From an uncultured Starkeya sp. (GTDB lineage Bacteria; Pseudomonadota; Alphaproteobacteria; Rhizobiales; Xanthobacteraceae): a DNA stretch of 64,000 nucleotides. Both the position numbers and the translations under genes were made by a program. Below are positions 29,935 to 39,237 of this stretch, piece by piece. The notes beneath the pieces were generated by a model. That model saw nothing but the letters and a program-made list of their open reading frames with translations, did not search any database and was not told the origin of the DNA. The first letter of the stretch is position 1; the number at the start of each line of letters is the position of its first letter. The DNA lies in the NCBI GenBank assembly GCA_964543245.1, contig CAZIXP010000001.1, positions 49,882-113,881 of the forward strand, written 5' to 3'.

Positions 29935-30846
29935 TCACCCCTGCTGGCCTTTGGCCCAGGTCTGGATGAGCCGTCCCAGGGCACGGAACTCCTCGCCGCG
30001 CATCGATTGCCTGCGCCAGCACAGGCCGATCTCCCGGGCATTGGCCTGGTCCGACAGCGGCCGCGTCACCACCGGGCTGCCTTTGAGAATGCCCGCGGAC
30101 AGCGCGCTTTCGGGAAGCAGGGTCGCTCCCATCCCCTCGGCGACCATGGCGACCAGCGTGTGTAGGCTGGTCGCCGAAAAGGTCGTCTGCATCCGTCGGG
30201 GAGCCGCCTCCAGGAACGGCAATGCATGGCTGTGAAGGCACTGATCCTTCTCCAGGAGCAGAAGCGGCTCGCCGTTGAGGTTATCCTCGCTCAAACATTG
30301 CGCATCAGCGAGCGGATGCTGAGGGCTGCAGGCGAACCAATAGGGGTCCTTGAACAGGGCCATCGTCTCGAAGCCGCCCACGTCATAGGGAAAGGCCATG
30401 AGCAGCAGATCGAGCCGGCCTGTCGCCAGCCGATCGAGCAGAGCCCCCGTCTTGTCCTCCCGCAGCACCAGCCTCAGCTCCGGATATCGCCCGCTGATGT
30501 AGGGCAGGAGCCTCGGAAGAAGAAACGGCCCGATCGTCGGGATCACGCCAAGGGCGAGCTGACCGGTCAAAGGCAGGGCTGCCCGCGCGCCCATCTCGAT
30601 GAGCGCCTCGGCCTCTTGGAGAAGATGGCGGGCCCGCTCGGCGATCTGGAGACCGGCCGGTGTGATGAAGACAGTCCGCTTCGTGCGCTCGGCCAGCGTG
30701 ACGCCGAGCACGGCTTCGAGTTCCCTGATGCCGACGCTGAGCGTCGACTGGGTCACCCTGCATACATCCGCCGCCCGTCCGAAATGGCTGTGATCCGCCA
30801 GGGCGACGAGATAGCGCAGCTGCCTCAGATTCGGGAGCGGCTTCAC
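29935..30846 (-). CDS. OxyR-like LysR regulator with only the Cys199-equivalent
   Basis: NLRQLRYLVALAD..HFGRAA, GVIPTIGPFLLP, LLLLEKDQCLHSHALPFL, TSLHTLVAMVAEG. Confidence 0.85.
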   Translation of the reverse strand: MKPLPNLRQLRYLVALADHSHFGRAADVCRVTQSTLSVGIRELEAVLGVTLAERTKRTVFITPAGLQIAERARHLLQEAEALIEMGARAALPLTGQLALGVIPTIGPFLLPRLLPYISGRYPELRLVLREDKTGALLDRLATGRLDLLLMAFPYDVGGFETMALFKDPYWFACSPQHPLADAQCLSEDNLNGEPLLLLEKDQCLHSHALPFLEAAPRRMQTTFSATSLHTLVAMVAEGMGATLLPESALSAGILKGSPVVTRPLSDQANAREIGLCWRRQSMRGEEFRALGRLIQTWAKGQQG

Positions 30847-30877
30847 CGGCAATCGTTTCCTTCGATAACTGAAGCCA

Positions 30878-30916
30878 GAATAATTCATTTCTACGAACTT
30901 ACGCAATATCGTATAT
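30878..30916 (+). promoter_or_regulatory. Putative operator between the OxyR-like gene and PDO 2
   Basis: AT-rich, contains ATAA-N7-CTAC (half OxyR-like site); near-copy at 22581-22619. Confidence 0.55.
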
Positions 30917-30951
30917 GAGGCGCAGAGCAATATTCGAAGGAGGATCATCTG

Positions 30952-31854
30952 ATGGGCCCGAAGCCAGCTTCCTATCCAGTCGATCTCTCGGTCAGTCCAG
31001 ACGTGACGCCGTTTTTCGACGAGGCGACCAACACCATCAGCTACGTCGTCAAGGACCCGACCTCCAAGGCGTGCGCCATTGTCGATTCGGTGATGGACAT
31101 CGACTACGCCGCCGGCCGGATCGCCTACGAGTCCGCCGATGAGATAATCGACTTCGTCACCAGGAATGGATTGACCGTCGAGTGGCTGATCGAGACGCAC
31201 GTCCACGCCGACCATCTTTCGGCCGCGCCCTACATCCAGGCGAAGCTCGGCGGCAAGCTGGGCATCGGCGACCGCATCACCATCGTCCAGGACACCTTCG
31301 GCAAGATCTTCAACGAAGGCACCGAGTTTCAGCGGGACGGCAGCCAGTTCGACCGGCTGTTCCAGGACGGGGACACCTACACGATCGGGACGATGAATGC
31401 GTTCGCCATGCACACGCCCGGCCACACGCCCGCATGCATGACCCATGTCGTCGGCAATGCCGCCTTCGTGGGCGACACCCTGTTCATGCCCGACAGCGGA
31501 ACGGCTCGCGCCGATTTCCCGGGTGGGGATGCACACGAACTCTATCGCTCCATCAAGAAGGTGCTCGCCCTTCCTCCTGAGATGCGCCTGTTCATGTGCC
31601 ACGACTATGGTGCCGACGGCCGGCGGGAAATCCGATGGGAAACCACGGTCGGTGAGGAGCGCGCGCACAACAAGCACGCGCGCGACGGCATCAGCGAAGA
31701 CGAGTTCGTCGCCATGCGGACGGCCCGCGACGCGACCCTCGCCATGCCCAAGCTCATCATTCCGTCGATCCAGGTGAACATGAAGGCCGGCGAACTGCCT
31801 GCGCCCGATGCCAGCGGCAAGCGCTTCCTCAAGGTTCCCATCGACGCTCTCTGA
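30952..31854 (+). CDS. MBL-fold persulfide dioxygenase (PDO 2)
   Basis: FFDEATNTISYVV, ETHVHADH, TPGHT, DTLFMPDSGTARADFPGG, CHDY. Confidence 0.9.
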   Translation: MGPKPASYPVDLSVSPDVTPFFDEATNTISYVVKDPTSKACAIVDSVMDIDYAAGRIAYESADEIIDFVTRNGLTVEWLIETHVHADHLSAAPYIQAKLGGKLGIGDRITIVQDTFGKIFNEGTEFQRDGSQFDRLFQDGDTYTIGTMNAFAMHTPGHTPACMTHVVGNAAFVGDTLFMPDSGTARADFPGGDAHELYRSIKKVLALPPEMRLFMCHDYGADGRREIRWETTVGEERAHNKHARDGISEDEFVAMRTARDATLAMPKLIIPSIQVNMKAGELPAPDASGKRFLKVPIDAL

Positions 31855-31918
31855 CTGCCGGATATCCGCAGCAGAATCACCCCGCACCCCGCTCAACCAC
31901 AACGAAAAGGACAACCCT

Positions 31919-32653
31919 ATGAGCTGCTCCGATACCAGACCCCAGCCGACGCCGACGGCCAGCGAGAGCCCGGCGCCAAGCGTCGCCTCCGCGTCGTACG
32001 CACCGACCGAGCCGGCCGGCTCCGCGGCCATGCCCCGCATCAACGAACCGGCGCCGGCCTTCAAGGCCAACACGACCCATGGCGAGCGCTCGCTTGCGGA
32101 CTACAAAGGGCGCTGGCTCGTGCTGTTCTCCCACCCGGCCGATTTCACGCCTGTGTGCACCACCGAGTTCATCGGCTTCGCCAAGGCTGCCAACGCGTTC
32201 AAGGCGCTCGACTGCGAATTGCTCGGTCTCTCCATCGACAGCATCTTCTCGCATCTAGCCTGGGTCAGGAACATCAAGGAGAAGTTCGAGGTCGATATCC
32301 CGTTCCCGATCATCGAGGATCTGTCGATGACGGTCGCCAGGGCCTACGGCATGATCCACCCGGGCGCCTCCGACACCTCCGCCGTGCGCGCGACCTTCAT
32401 CATCGATCCCAATGGCATCCTGAGGGCCATGGTCTACTACCCGATGACCAACGGCCGCAGCGTCGCGGAGATCCTCCGCCTCGTGAAAGCGCTCCGCACC
32501 AGCGATGCCCATTCCGTCGCCACCCCGGAGGCCTGGCAGCCCGGCGAGAAGGTTCTGGTCGGTGCACCGAAGACCGTCGAGGCCTGCGAGAGCCGCATGA
32601 AGGACGGCCTCGAGACGACAGACTGGTACTTCTCCATGAAGTCCGTCGCCTGA
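31919..32653 (+). CDS. Peroxiredoxin (Prx6 / 1-Cys-type) with a Pro/Ala/Ser-rich N-terminal extension
   Basis: HPADFTPVCTTEF, VRATFIIDP and YYPMTNGRS. Confidence 0.92.
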   Translation: MSCSDTRPQPTPTASESPAPSVASASYAPTEPAGSAAMPRINEPAPAFKANTTHGERSLADYKGRWLVLFSHPADFTPVCTTEFIGFAKAANAFKALDCELLGLSIDSIFSHLAWVRNIKEKFEVDIPFPIIEDLSMTVARAYGMIHPGASDTSAVRATFIIDPNGILRAMVYYPMTNGRSVAEILRLVKALRTSDAHSVATPEAWQPGEKVLVGAPKTVEACESRMKDGLETTDWYFSMKSVA

Positions 32654-32663
32654 CAATCAGCTT

Positions 32664-32690
32664 CGGGACGTTCCCCAAAGGGACGTCCCG
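32664..32690 (+). terminator. Hairpin after the peroxiredoxin gene, possible terminator
   Basis: cgggacgt-t-ccc-caaa-ggg-acgtcccg; only a weak U-tract. Confidence 0.4.
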
Positions 32691-32926
32691 ACATTGTTGT
32701 CTCCGGCGACAAGGGCGGCCTCGACGGGGCGGAAGCCCGCAAGGACGGATGCGGCCGAAGAAATGGGCCGACGCGCGAGAAGCATCGCGCCGAAGCGAGC
32801 ATCGGTCTCTCACCGGGCGAGCTCATCACGAAAAGCAACCTCGGAGGCTGAAGCGCTTGCTTGCCCCGTCAATGGCCGAACGGCGCCGATTCAATTGAGA
32901 TGTTCAACGAGCGAGTGTAGCCGCAT

Positions 32927-33364
32927 ATGTCTGTCACAACCGATCGCAATATCGTTCATATAGAGGAGAGTGGTCACGGCCCCTACGGTCAGTTCGTCAG
33001 CATCGGTCACCATGTCCTCGGCGCGGACGAGCCGCAGGCGCTTGGTGGCGAGGACACCGGCCCTGATCCCTTCGAGTTCGTCATGGCCGGTCTTGGCGCC
33101 TGCACGGCCATGACCATCCGCATGTACGCGAGCAGAAAGAACTGGCCGCTTGAAAACGTCCAGGTATCCGTCCAGCACGTGCGCGCCACGGGCGTCTCTT
33201 CAGATACCAGGCCGCACGCCATGGAACGACGCATCGTGCTCGTCGGTCCGCTCACCGACGAGCAGCGCGACGCCCTCATCAAAATAGCGCAAAAGTGCCC
33301 GGTCGGTCTCGCCCTCGAGGCCGGGATCGAGGTGCTCACGGTTGAGGCGACCGGAGTGAGTTGA
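32927..33364 (+). CDS. OsmC/YhfA family protein
   Basis: ADEP..LGGEDTGPDP, GLGACTAMT and AQKCPV. Confidence 0.9.
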   Translation: MSVTTDRNIVHIEESGHGPYGQFVSIGHHVLGADEPQALGGEDTGPDPFEFVMAGLGACTAMTIRMYASRKNWPLENVQVSVQHVRATGVSSDTRPHAMERRIVLVGPLTDEQRDALIKIAQKCPVGLALEAGIEVLTVEATGVS

Positions 33365-33594
33365 ACGGTCTCTACCAAGGCGAATTCAGGGCTCTTCTCG
33401 ACCGCGCCAACCTACCGCTCCATAGTTGCACGATCGGCGTTCGTGTCGAAGACGCCATGGGGTGGGGCAAGCAGCAGCGACGGCCCATTCAGGTCGAACA
33501 CCTTCGCCATCCCCGCCGCATCCGTGCTGACCCACTCTCAGGCAATCAAGCGTGGCCATTTTCATCTCGGTTCGGCGATGCTGGCGCAGCATGT

Positions 33595-33720
33595 AGCCGG
33601 AGAACACCCAGCCGCTGACCGCATCGGCACCACGGTAGACGACCGTGTCGACGAAGTTCTTAGTCTTGTATTTGTCGGCTGTCGGCACCGAAATTAAAAG
33701 GCATCTCGCGACCGGGGCGC
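33595..33720 (-). pseudogene. Fragment of an NTP/NDP-exchange (AAA/MFS) transporter
   Basis: DKYKTKNFVDTVVYRGADAVSGW motif only. Confidence 0.6.
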
Positions 33721-34050
33721 ACAAGCGCGTATTCTCCGACGTGCGGATAACCATGCCTATGCCTGCCCCCGATGGTGATAGGTGAGCGCCGAACTCCGCC
33801 TACAGTCGCCATCCGCCCCCGGGACCACCATAGGAACCGTTGTAGTAGATCAGATGGCGGATGCTGTCGGGATAGAGCGAGGCATGGTGGTCGAGTCACT
33901 GCGACCCCGTCGTCCAGCCACGCCATCATGCGGCCTATCCCCTCGGCATGATTGCGCTGTGTCGACGGTCGCCGGGTTTGGTAGATCTTCTCAGAAGAAG
34001 AGCTGTGATTTGGCAATGTCTCGGCAATGCGGCGCGTCATAGAGCCTCGA

Positions 34051-35013
34051 CTACCGGTCTGCGCGGGTTTGCTTGGCCAGTTCGCGTGCAAAGCTGATCA
34101 GGCGCTGCAGGCTCGGATTGTCATTTGCAGGAGACCAGACGGCGCTGAAAGGAACAATATCCGCCTCTGCGCTAAGAGGGACCAGGCTGAGGTCACGGAT
34201 GGTCACCCCCCTCCAAGCCTCGACGACCGGCGTTATTCCTTTGCCCATGGCGACCATATGCATCAAGGTCTCCTGATGCACATCGTGATACTCAACCATC
34301 GGATAGGTGCTGTAGTCACAGATTCTCCGCACGATGTAGTCACGGATTTCCGGTCCGGGACCAAAACGGGATACGATGAACACTTCATCGACCAACTGCG
34401 ACCAATCGAGCTTCTCGAGCCGGGACAATGGATGGGACCGAGGCAGGGCGATATGGACCCGCTCTCGCCAGAGCTCCACCGTATTGCACCCCTTCACCTC
34501 GCCGTTGCCCGTAAAAAATCCTACGTCGAGCTGATGGGCGCGAATGGTGCGAATATGGTCCTGACGCCCGCCATCACGAATATCGAGCCGGACTCCAGCG
34601 TGCGCAGCCTCGTATCTACATAGGAGCTCCCGCAGAAATCCTCCGGCGAGCGTCGTGATCACCCCGACCCGCAGCCTGCCGGTCTCCACACGCCCCGCAG
34701 CTTCCGCGCACTGGATGGCCTGCCAGATCTGTCGAATCGCCGGGACCGCTTGCTCAATGAACTGCCGGCCTGCTTCGGTCAGCCGAGTGCCAAACTGGCC
34801 ACGCTCGAACAGTCCGACACCTGTTCGATTCTCGAAATCTCGTATAGCTTTGCTGACACTGGACGGTTCCACACCCAGAAGATCCGCCGCGCCCCGAATG
34901 CTCGTGCTCTCTGCGGCGGCCAAGACATATCTTATTTGCCTGAAGTCAAAGTCTTTGGCCTTGCCAAAATGATCTGACGACGTCGCTTCTCGCGGATGCT
35001 TTCCTTTCGACAT
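34051..35013 (-). CDS. LysR family transcriptional regulator
   Basis: FRQIRYVLAAAESTSIRGAA..LGVEPSSVSKAIRDFE HTH; C-terminal WSPANDNPSLQRL. Confidence 0.88.
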   Translation of the reverse strand: MSKGKHPREATSSDHFGKAKDFDFRQIRYVLAAAESTSIRGAADLLGVEPSSVSKAIRDFENRTGVGLFERGQFGTRLTEAGRQFIEQAVPAIRQIWQAIQCAEAAGRVETGRLRVGVITTLAGGFLRELLCRYEAAHAGVRLDIRDGGRQDHIRTIRAHQLDVGFFTGNGEVKGCNTVELWRERVHIALPRSHPLSRLEKLDWSQLVDEVFIVSRFGPGPEIRDYIVRRICDYSTYPMVEYHDVHQETLMHMVAMGKGITPVVEAWRGVTIRDLSLVPLSAEADIVPFSAVWSPANDNPSLQRLISFARELAKQTRADR

Positions 35014-35175
35014 TCCGCCCCTTCCGGACATTTCCTACACGCGGGCGAGCTGACCTTTCGTCGTTAGAATCGGCCGCACAAGCAATGCGCCATTTGCCCT
35101 TACAGTCCTCTTCTCGGGCTGGGTGCCGCAGGTCCGGGCCGTGGCGTAGGCTGTAGTCAGAAGCTGTACCTTCTA

Positions 35176-36582
35176 CTACGAGCAGGTGATTGCTCTGTTC
35201 TCGGCGCGATCGGGATCGGCGCGGGGCGCTCGCGACAGCATGGCTTTGCTGAATTGCAGCTCCGCGCGAAGACCGCCCTCGGAACGGTTCCCGAGACTGA
35301 CATTCCCGCCGAGGCGCTTTGCCGCCAGCTCGGCAATCGCGAGCCCGAGACCGCTTCCCATCGCTGTCTTGTTGCGGCCGCGGTAGAACCTTTCGCAAAC
35401 CTTGGGCAACTCGTCTTCGGGGATTCCGGGGCCGTTGTCTTCAATGGTCACCGCGACGGCGTCGCCATCGATCCTCACTCCGCAACGGACGACGCCGTCG
35501 TTGCGGGAATGCAGCACGGCATTTTCCATGAGGTTGCGCACCGCCAGCATGAACAGCGACGCGTCGAGCTGAAGATAGATATCGTTCAGCTTGGCGTCGA
35601 TCTCGATCGGCACCGCGTCCGAGTAGTGTTGGCGGATGTCGTCGACGAGCTGGCCGACCAGCTTGCCCAGGTTGACGCGACGACCGTCGGCATCGGCTTC
35701 GCCCCGCTCGGCATTCGTCAGGTCGGTGAGCTGACGCATCAGCCGAGAGGTCCGGTCCACTCCGACCACAATCTGGCGCAGAGCGTTGCGCCGAATGTCG
35801 GGATCGTCGCTACCCAGCGCGACCTGCGCCTGGGTTTTGAGTCCCGCAACCGGCGTGCGCAGTTCATGCGCCGCGAAAGCCGTGAAGTCGCGCTCGCGCT
35901 CGCGGGCCGCATGGACGCGTCCGAACAGCCCGTTGAGCGAGCGGATGACGGGCTTGATCTCGGAGGGCGTGTCCACGTCCGGCAGCGCGCTCAGATCGGA
36001 CGCCGGACGTGTCTCCAACGCATGAGCCATCTTGTTGAGAGGCCCGAGGCCTTTCCTGACGCTCAGCCATATCAGCCCGGCCAGGATCGGCAGGATCAGC
36101 AGTGCCGGAAGGGCCAGGCCCCGGATGACATCGGCGACCAGCCGGTCGCGAACGCGCATATTGTCCCCGACGAGAACGCGCATGCCCAGATCGGCGTTGA
36201 CCACGGCATAGACGCGCCAGGTCTCTCCATCGATGAGCGTCTCCGAAAAGCCATCCTTGGCATCGGATAGGGGAGTCGCCGGCGCTGCGTCCGAACGGCC
36301 GACCAGGGTCCCGTCCAGCGCCCAGATCTGACACGAAAGCTGGCGATCGTAGGAGGCATGCATGGTTGGCTCGATGGCCGGAATCTGCGCTGCGCGCATC
36401 GGATCGATCTCCTGGCTGGTGATCAGCGAGCTCACCATGCGCGCCGCCTCGATCAGCCGGGCGTCGAGAACCCGCTCCACCTCAGCGCGGGTGCTGAGAT
36501 AGATCCAGGCGATCGCCGACATCCACACCACGCCGGTGGTGATCATCAGGATCAGGAAGAGCCGGCTCCGGATCGACGTCAC
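35176..36582 (-). CDS. Sensor histidine kinase (QseC/PmrB-like)
   Basis: Two TM segments, FAAHELRTP, NLMENA, DNGPGI and GSGLGL. Confidence 0.93.
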   Translation of the reverse strand: MTSIRSRLFLILMITTGVVWMSAIAWIYLSTRAEVERVLDARLIEAARMVSSLITSQEIDPMRAAQIPAIEPTMHASYDRQLSCQIWALDGTLVGRSDAAPATPLSDAKDGFSETLIDGETWRVYAVVNADLGMRVLVGDNMRVRDRLVADVIRGLALPALLILPILAGLIWLSVRKGLGPLNKMAHALETRPASDLSALPDVDTPSEIKPVIRSLNGLFGRVHAARERERDFTAFAAHELRTPVAGLKTQAQVALGSDDPDIRRNALRQIVVGVDRTSRLMRQLTDLTNAERGEADADGRRVNLGKLVGQLVDDIRQHYSDAVPIEIDAKLNDIYLQLDASLFMLAVRNLMENAVLHSRNDGVVRCGVRIDGDAVAVTIEDNGPGIPEDELPKVCERFYRGRNKTAMGSGLGLAIAELAAKRLGGNVSLGNRSEGGLRAELQFSKAMLSRAPRADPDRAENRAITCS

Positions 36583-37244
36583 GCGGTCGCCTCCGCCAGC
36601 TTGTAGCCGACGCCGCGCACCGTCTCGATGACGCTCGGGCCGAGCTTCTGCCTCAGATTGTGGATGTGCACTTCGATCGTGTTGCTTTCGATATCCTCTT
36701 GCCAGCCATAGAGCCGGTCCTCGAGCTGCGACTTCGACAGGATTTGGCCGGGCCGATCCATCAGCGCATGCAGGATGGAGAACTCGCGGCGCGAAAGACG
36801 AATCGCCTCACCGCTCTTTGTGACCGCCATCGTCGCGGGATCGAGGCGCAGATCGCGCCAGATGCGGCAGGCGGACGCGCCGCCGTTGCCGCGTCGCGTC
36901 AGCGCCCTCAGCCGGGCGGCTACCTCGTTCAGATCGAAGGGCTTCCCCAGATAGTCGTCCGCGCCGGCGTCGAGGCCGGCGATCCGGTCGGGCACGCTGT
37001 CCCGCGCCGTCAGAAGAAGGACCGGCGTTCCAACCTGCCGCCCTCGCAATTCGTCCAGTACGCCGAGCCCCGAGCCGTCAGGGAGCATCAGGTCGAGGAC
37101 GACCGCGTCAAAGGCCGAGATTCTTAGTGCAGCCGAGGCATCGGCGCAGGTGGAGACTGCGTCAACCGTGAAACCGGCCAGGCCCAGCCCGACCTGCAGG
37201 CCGTTCAGCAGCACCGCGTCATCTTCGACGACCAAAACTCTCAT
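36579..37244 (-). CDS. OmpR-family response regulator (QseB/PmrA-like)
   Basis: VEDD, LDLMLPDGSG, LTARD, GADDYLGKPF, SNTIEVHIHNLRQKL. Confidence 0.95.
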   Translation of the reverse strand: MRVLVVEDDAVLLNGLQVGLGLAGFTVDAVSTCADASAALRISAFDAVVLDLMLPDGSGLGVLDELRGRQVGTPVLLLTARDSVPDRIAGLDAGADDYLGKPFDLNEVAARLRALTRRGNGGASACRIWRDLRLDPATMAVTKSGEAIRLSRREFSILHALMDRPGQILSKSQLEDRLYGWQEDIESNTIEVHIHNLRQKLGPSVIETVRGVGYKLAEATA

Positions 37245-37292
37245 GACAACTTTGCTCAGCTTCCGTCAGAACAGTCGCAATCGGGTGCCGAC

Positions 37293-37309
37293 CTTAAGCC
37301 AGCCTTAAG
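37293..37309. promoter_or_regulatory. CTTAAG-N5-CTTAAG direct-repeat box (response regulator/dsbA divergent promoter)
   Basis: cttaag-ccagc-cttaag; PmrA/QseB-type box. Confidence 0.75.
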
Positions 37310-37379
37310 GTGGCAGGCGTGGATCCCGGCTCCAGGCGGTATGCCGCCTGTCCCTCTCACGATCGAAAGGAGATTCCGT

Positions 37380-38018
37380 ATGCCAGCTCTCACGCGTCGC
37401 GGCGCCATGGTCACCATGGGAGGCGCGGCTCTCGCGGTGCCTCTCATGCAACGCTCCGCCCTCGCGCAACACGCCGACGTTTCGAAGGAAATGATTCTCA
37501 ATGACCCCTCGGCCCCGGTTTCCGGAGACCCCCGCGGCGACCTGACGATCGTGGCCTTCCTCGACTACAACTGCCCCTACTGCAAGAAGTCCGCGCCCGA
37601 CCTTGCTCGCGTCGTGAAGGAAGACGGCAAGATCCGCCTCGTCTACAAGGATTGGCCGGTGATCCGGCCGACCTCGATCGATGGTGCCACCATGGCGCTC
37701 GCCGCCAAATATCAGGGCAAATACGAGGTTGCGCACCACGCCCTGATGGGCATTCCCGGGGTCGGCGTCCCAAGGGAGAAAATGCGCGAAGGTCTGGAGG
37801 CCGCGGGCATCGACATGCGCCGCCTCGACGCTGACATGACAGCCAAGGCAGCTGAAATCGACGCCATCATCAAGCGCAACATGGCGCAGGCCGATGCCAT
37901 CGGTTTCTCGGGCACGCCAGCCTACCTCATTGGGCCCTTCCAGACTTCGACCCTGGACTATCAAGGCTTCAAACTGGCTGTGGCGGACGCGCGCAAGCGG
38001 CAGGCAGAGGGACAGTGA
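37380..38018 (+). CDS. DsbA family thiol:disulfide oxidoreductase, Tat-like signal
   Basis: LTRR signal, FLDYNCPYCK, KDWPV and GTPA. Confidence 0.88.
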   Translation: MPALTRRGAMVTMGGAALAVPLMQRSALAQHADVSKEMILNDPSAPVSGDPRGDLTIVAFLDYNCPYCKKSAPDLARVVKEDGKIRLVYKDWPVIRPTSIDGATMALAAKYQGKYEVAHHALMGIPGVGVPREKMREGLEAAGIDMRRLDADMTAKAAEIDAIIKRNMAQADAIGFSGTPAYLIGPFQTSTLDYQGFKLAVADARKRQAEGQ

Positions 38019-38031
38019 GACGAACACGTGC

Positions 38032-38409
38032 TCACCACCCCCGCTCGCGATGTTTGCTGTCGATCGTGCTGCCTTTGATCTTGCCGATCGCGACGGTCAG
38101 CGGGCACGAGCCATAGCCGTCACAGGCCTTCGGAAACGACTTGCCATCGCAGGCGGACAGGAGGTTGGCCACCACGGAAGACTGAGGCCGCACGGCTGCA
38201 GCCGTCTGGGCATTTGCCGTCGAGACCGCATCCCTGCCCGGCTGGTACGAATGCGTCTCCGAGGGCTCCGCGACGGCGATGTCGAGATCACGCCTCGGTC
38301 GCTTGAACTCTGCCGCAACGGCTATACCGGCGGCTCCTCCACCGACGATGATGATGTGGTGCTTGAGCTGCAGCGCCTTCGGCTCCTGCGGATGCACGGC
38401 AGCTTCCAT
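38032..38409 (-). pseudogene. sqr: Internally deleted type II sqr remnant
   Basis: IIIVGGGAAGIAVAA...HSYQPG joined near 38235 directly to DAVSTANAQTAAAVR...DGYGSCPLTV; the central part, including KCAGAP, is missing. Confidence 0.8.
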
Positions 38410-38446
38410 TGAATTTTCCCATTTTCAGATCGTTACTTCTGATTTT

Positions 38447-38461
38447 GTGTAATTGTGTAAT
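38447..38461. promoter_or_regulatory. GTGTAA(T/C)TGTGTAAT motif shared with 55991-56005
   Basis: 14 of 15 identical to the reverse complement of 55991-56005; 30 bp upstream of the blh-like start. Confidence 0.55.
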
Positions 38462-38491
38462 CCATGTCGACAATAGTCAAGCAGGCATCCC

Positions 38492-39150
38492 ATGGAGCTC
38501 ATTCCGGTCACAGAGAAGTTTTCCGTCGCGGGGCAACTTCAGCCCGAAGATTTCGCTAAGTTGCGTCGCCTCGGTTTCAGGAGCGTCATCAACAATCGTC
38601 CCGACGGCGAGGACCCGTCACAGCCGGGGACCAAGGCGGAAGAAGCGGCGGCCAGGGCGGCCGGTCTCGACTACGTGTTCATCCCCGTCACCAGCACCTC
38701 GATGACGGCGGACGATGCTCGCCGTTTCGCCGAAGCCATCGTCGCGTCGGACGGCCCCGTCCTGGCGCATTGCCATTCCGGCGCGCGTTCCTTCTACATG
38801 TGGGTGCTGGCCGGCGACGCGGACGTTCCGGGATTAAAGAATGACAAGTTCGTCGCCACGGCGAGCGGGACCGCACCGGACCACGCCCAGTTCCGGATCG
38901 CTGTGAGTCGAGGTCCAGCCAAACCAACGATGTAGGGTTTTTTCGATCCTCGCACTTGAGGCCGTCCGGCGCGTCGCCGGCGATCCGGCGATCAAATCAT
39001 GCGCCATCATCGATCCAGTCCTCGCCTGCGCCGAGAAGCCCGGAGCTGCCAGGACCGAACACGCCGACGGGATCCTCGCCAATTCGTCGAGCAGGTCCTG
39101 ATGGTCGAATGTATTTTCGACACCCAACCCCGCACGGCGTCCACCTGCGG
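38492..39150 (+). pseudogene. blh: Degraded Blh-like DUF442-PDO fusion gene
   Basis: Intact DUF442 domain (NNRPDGED, AHCHSGARS), then KPTM*GFFDPRT*, frameshifted SCAIIDPV and ECIFDTQP traces of the PDO N-terminus, then truncation. Confidence 0.75.
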
Positions 39151-39164
39151 AGGCCGCCGTCTCT

Positions 39165-39181
39165 CTTAATGCTGTCTTAAG
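39165..39181. promoter_or_regulatory. CTTAA(T/G)-N5-CTTAAG box upstream of dsbG
   Basis: cttaat-gctgt-cttaag. Confidence 0.7.
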
Positions 39182-39237
39182 CTGGCAGGGAGAGGACGCC
39201 AATGTTCTGAGTTTTGCACGCGACGGTCTCAATGGGC

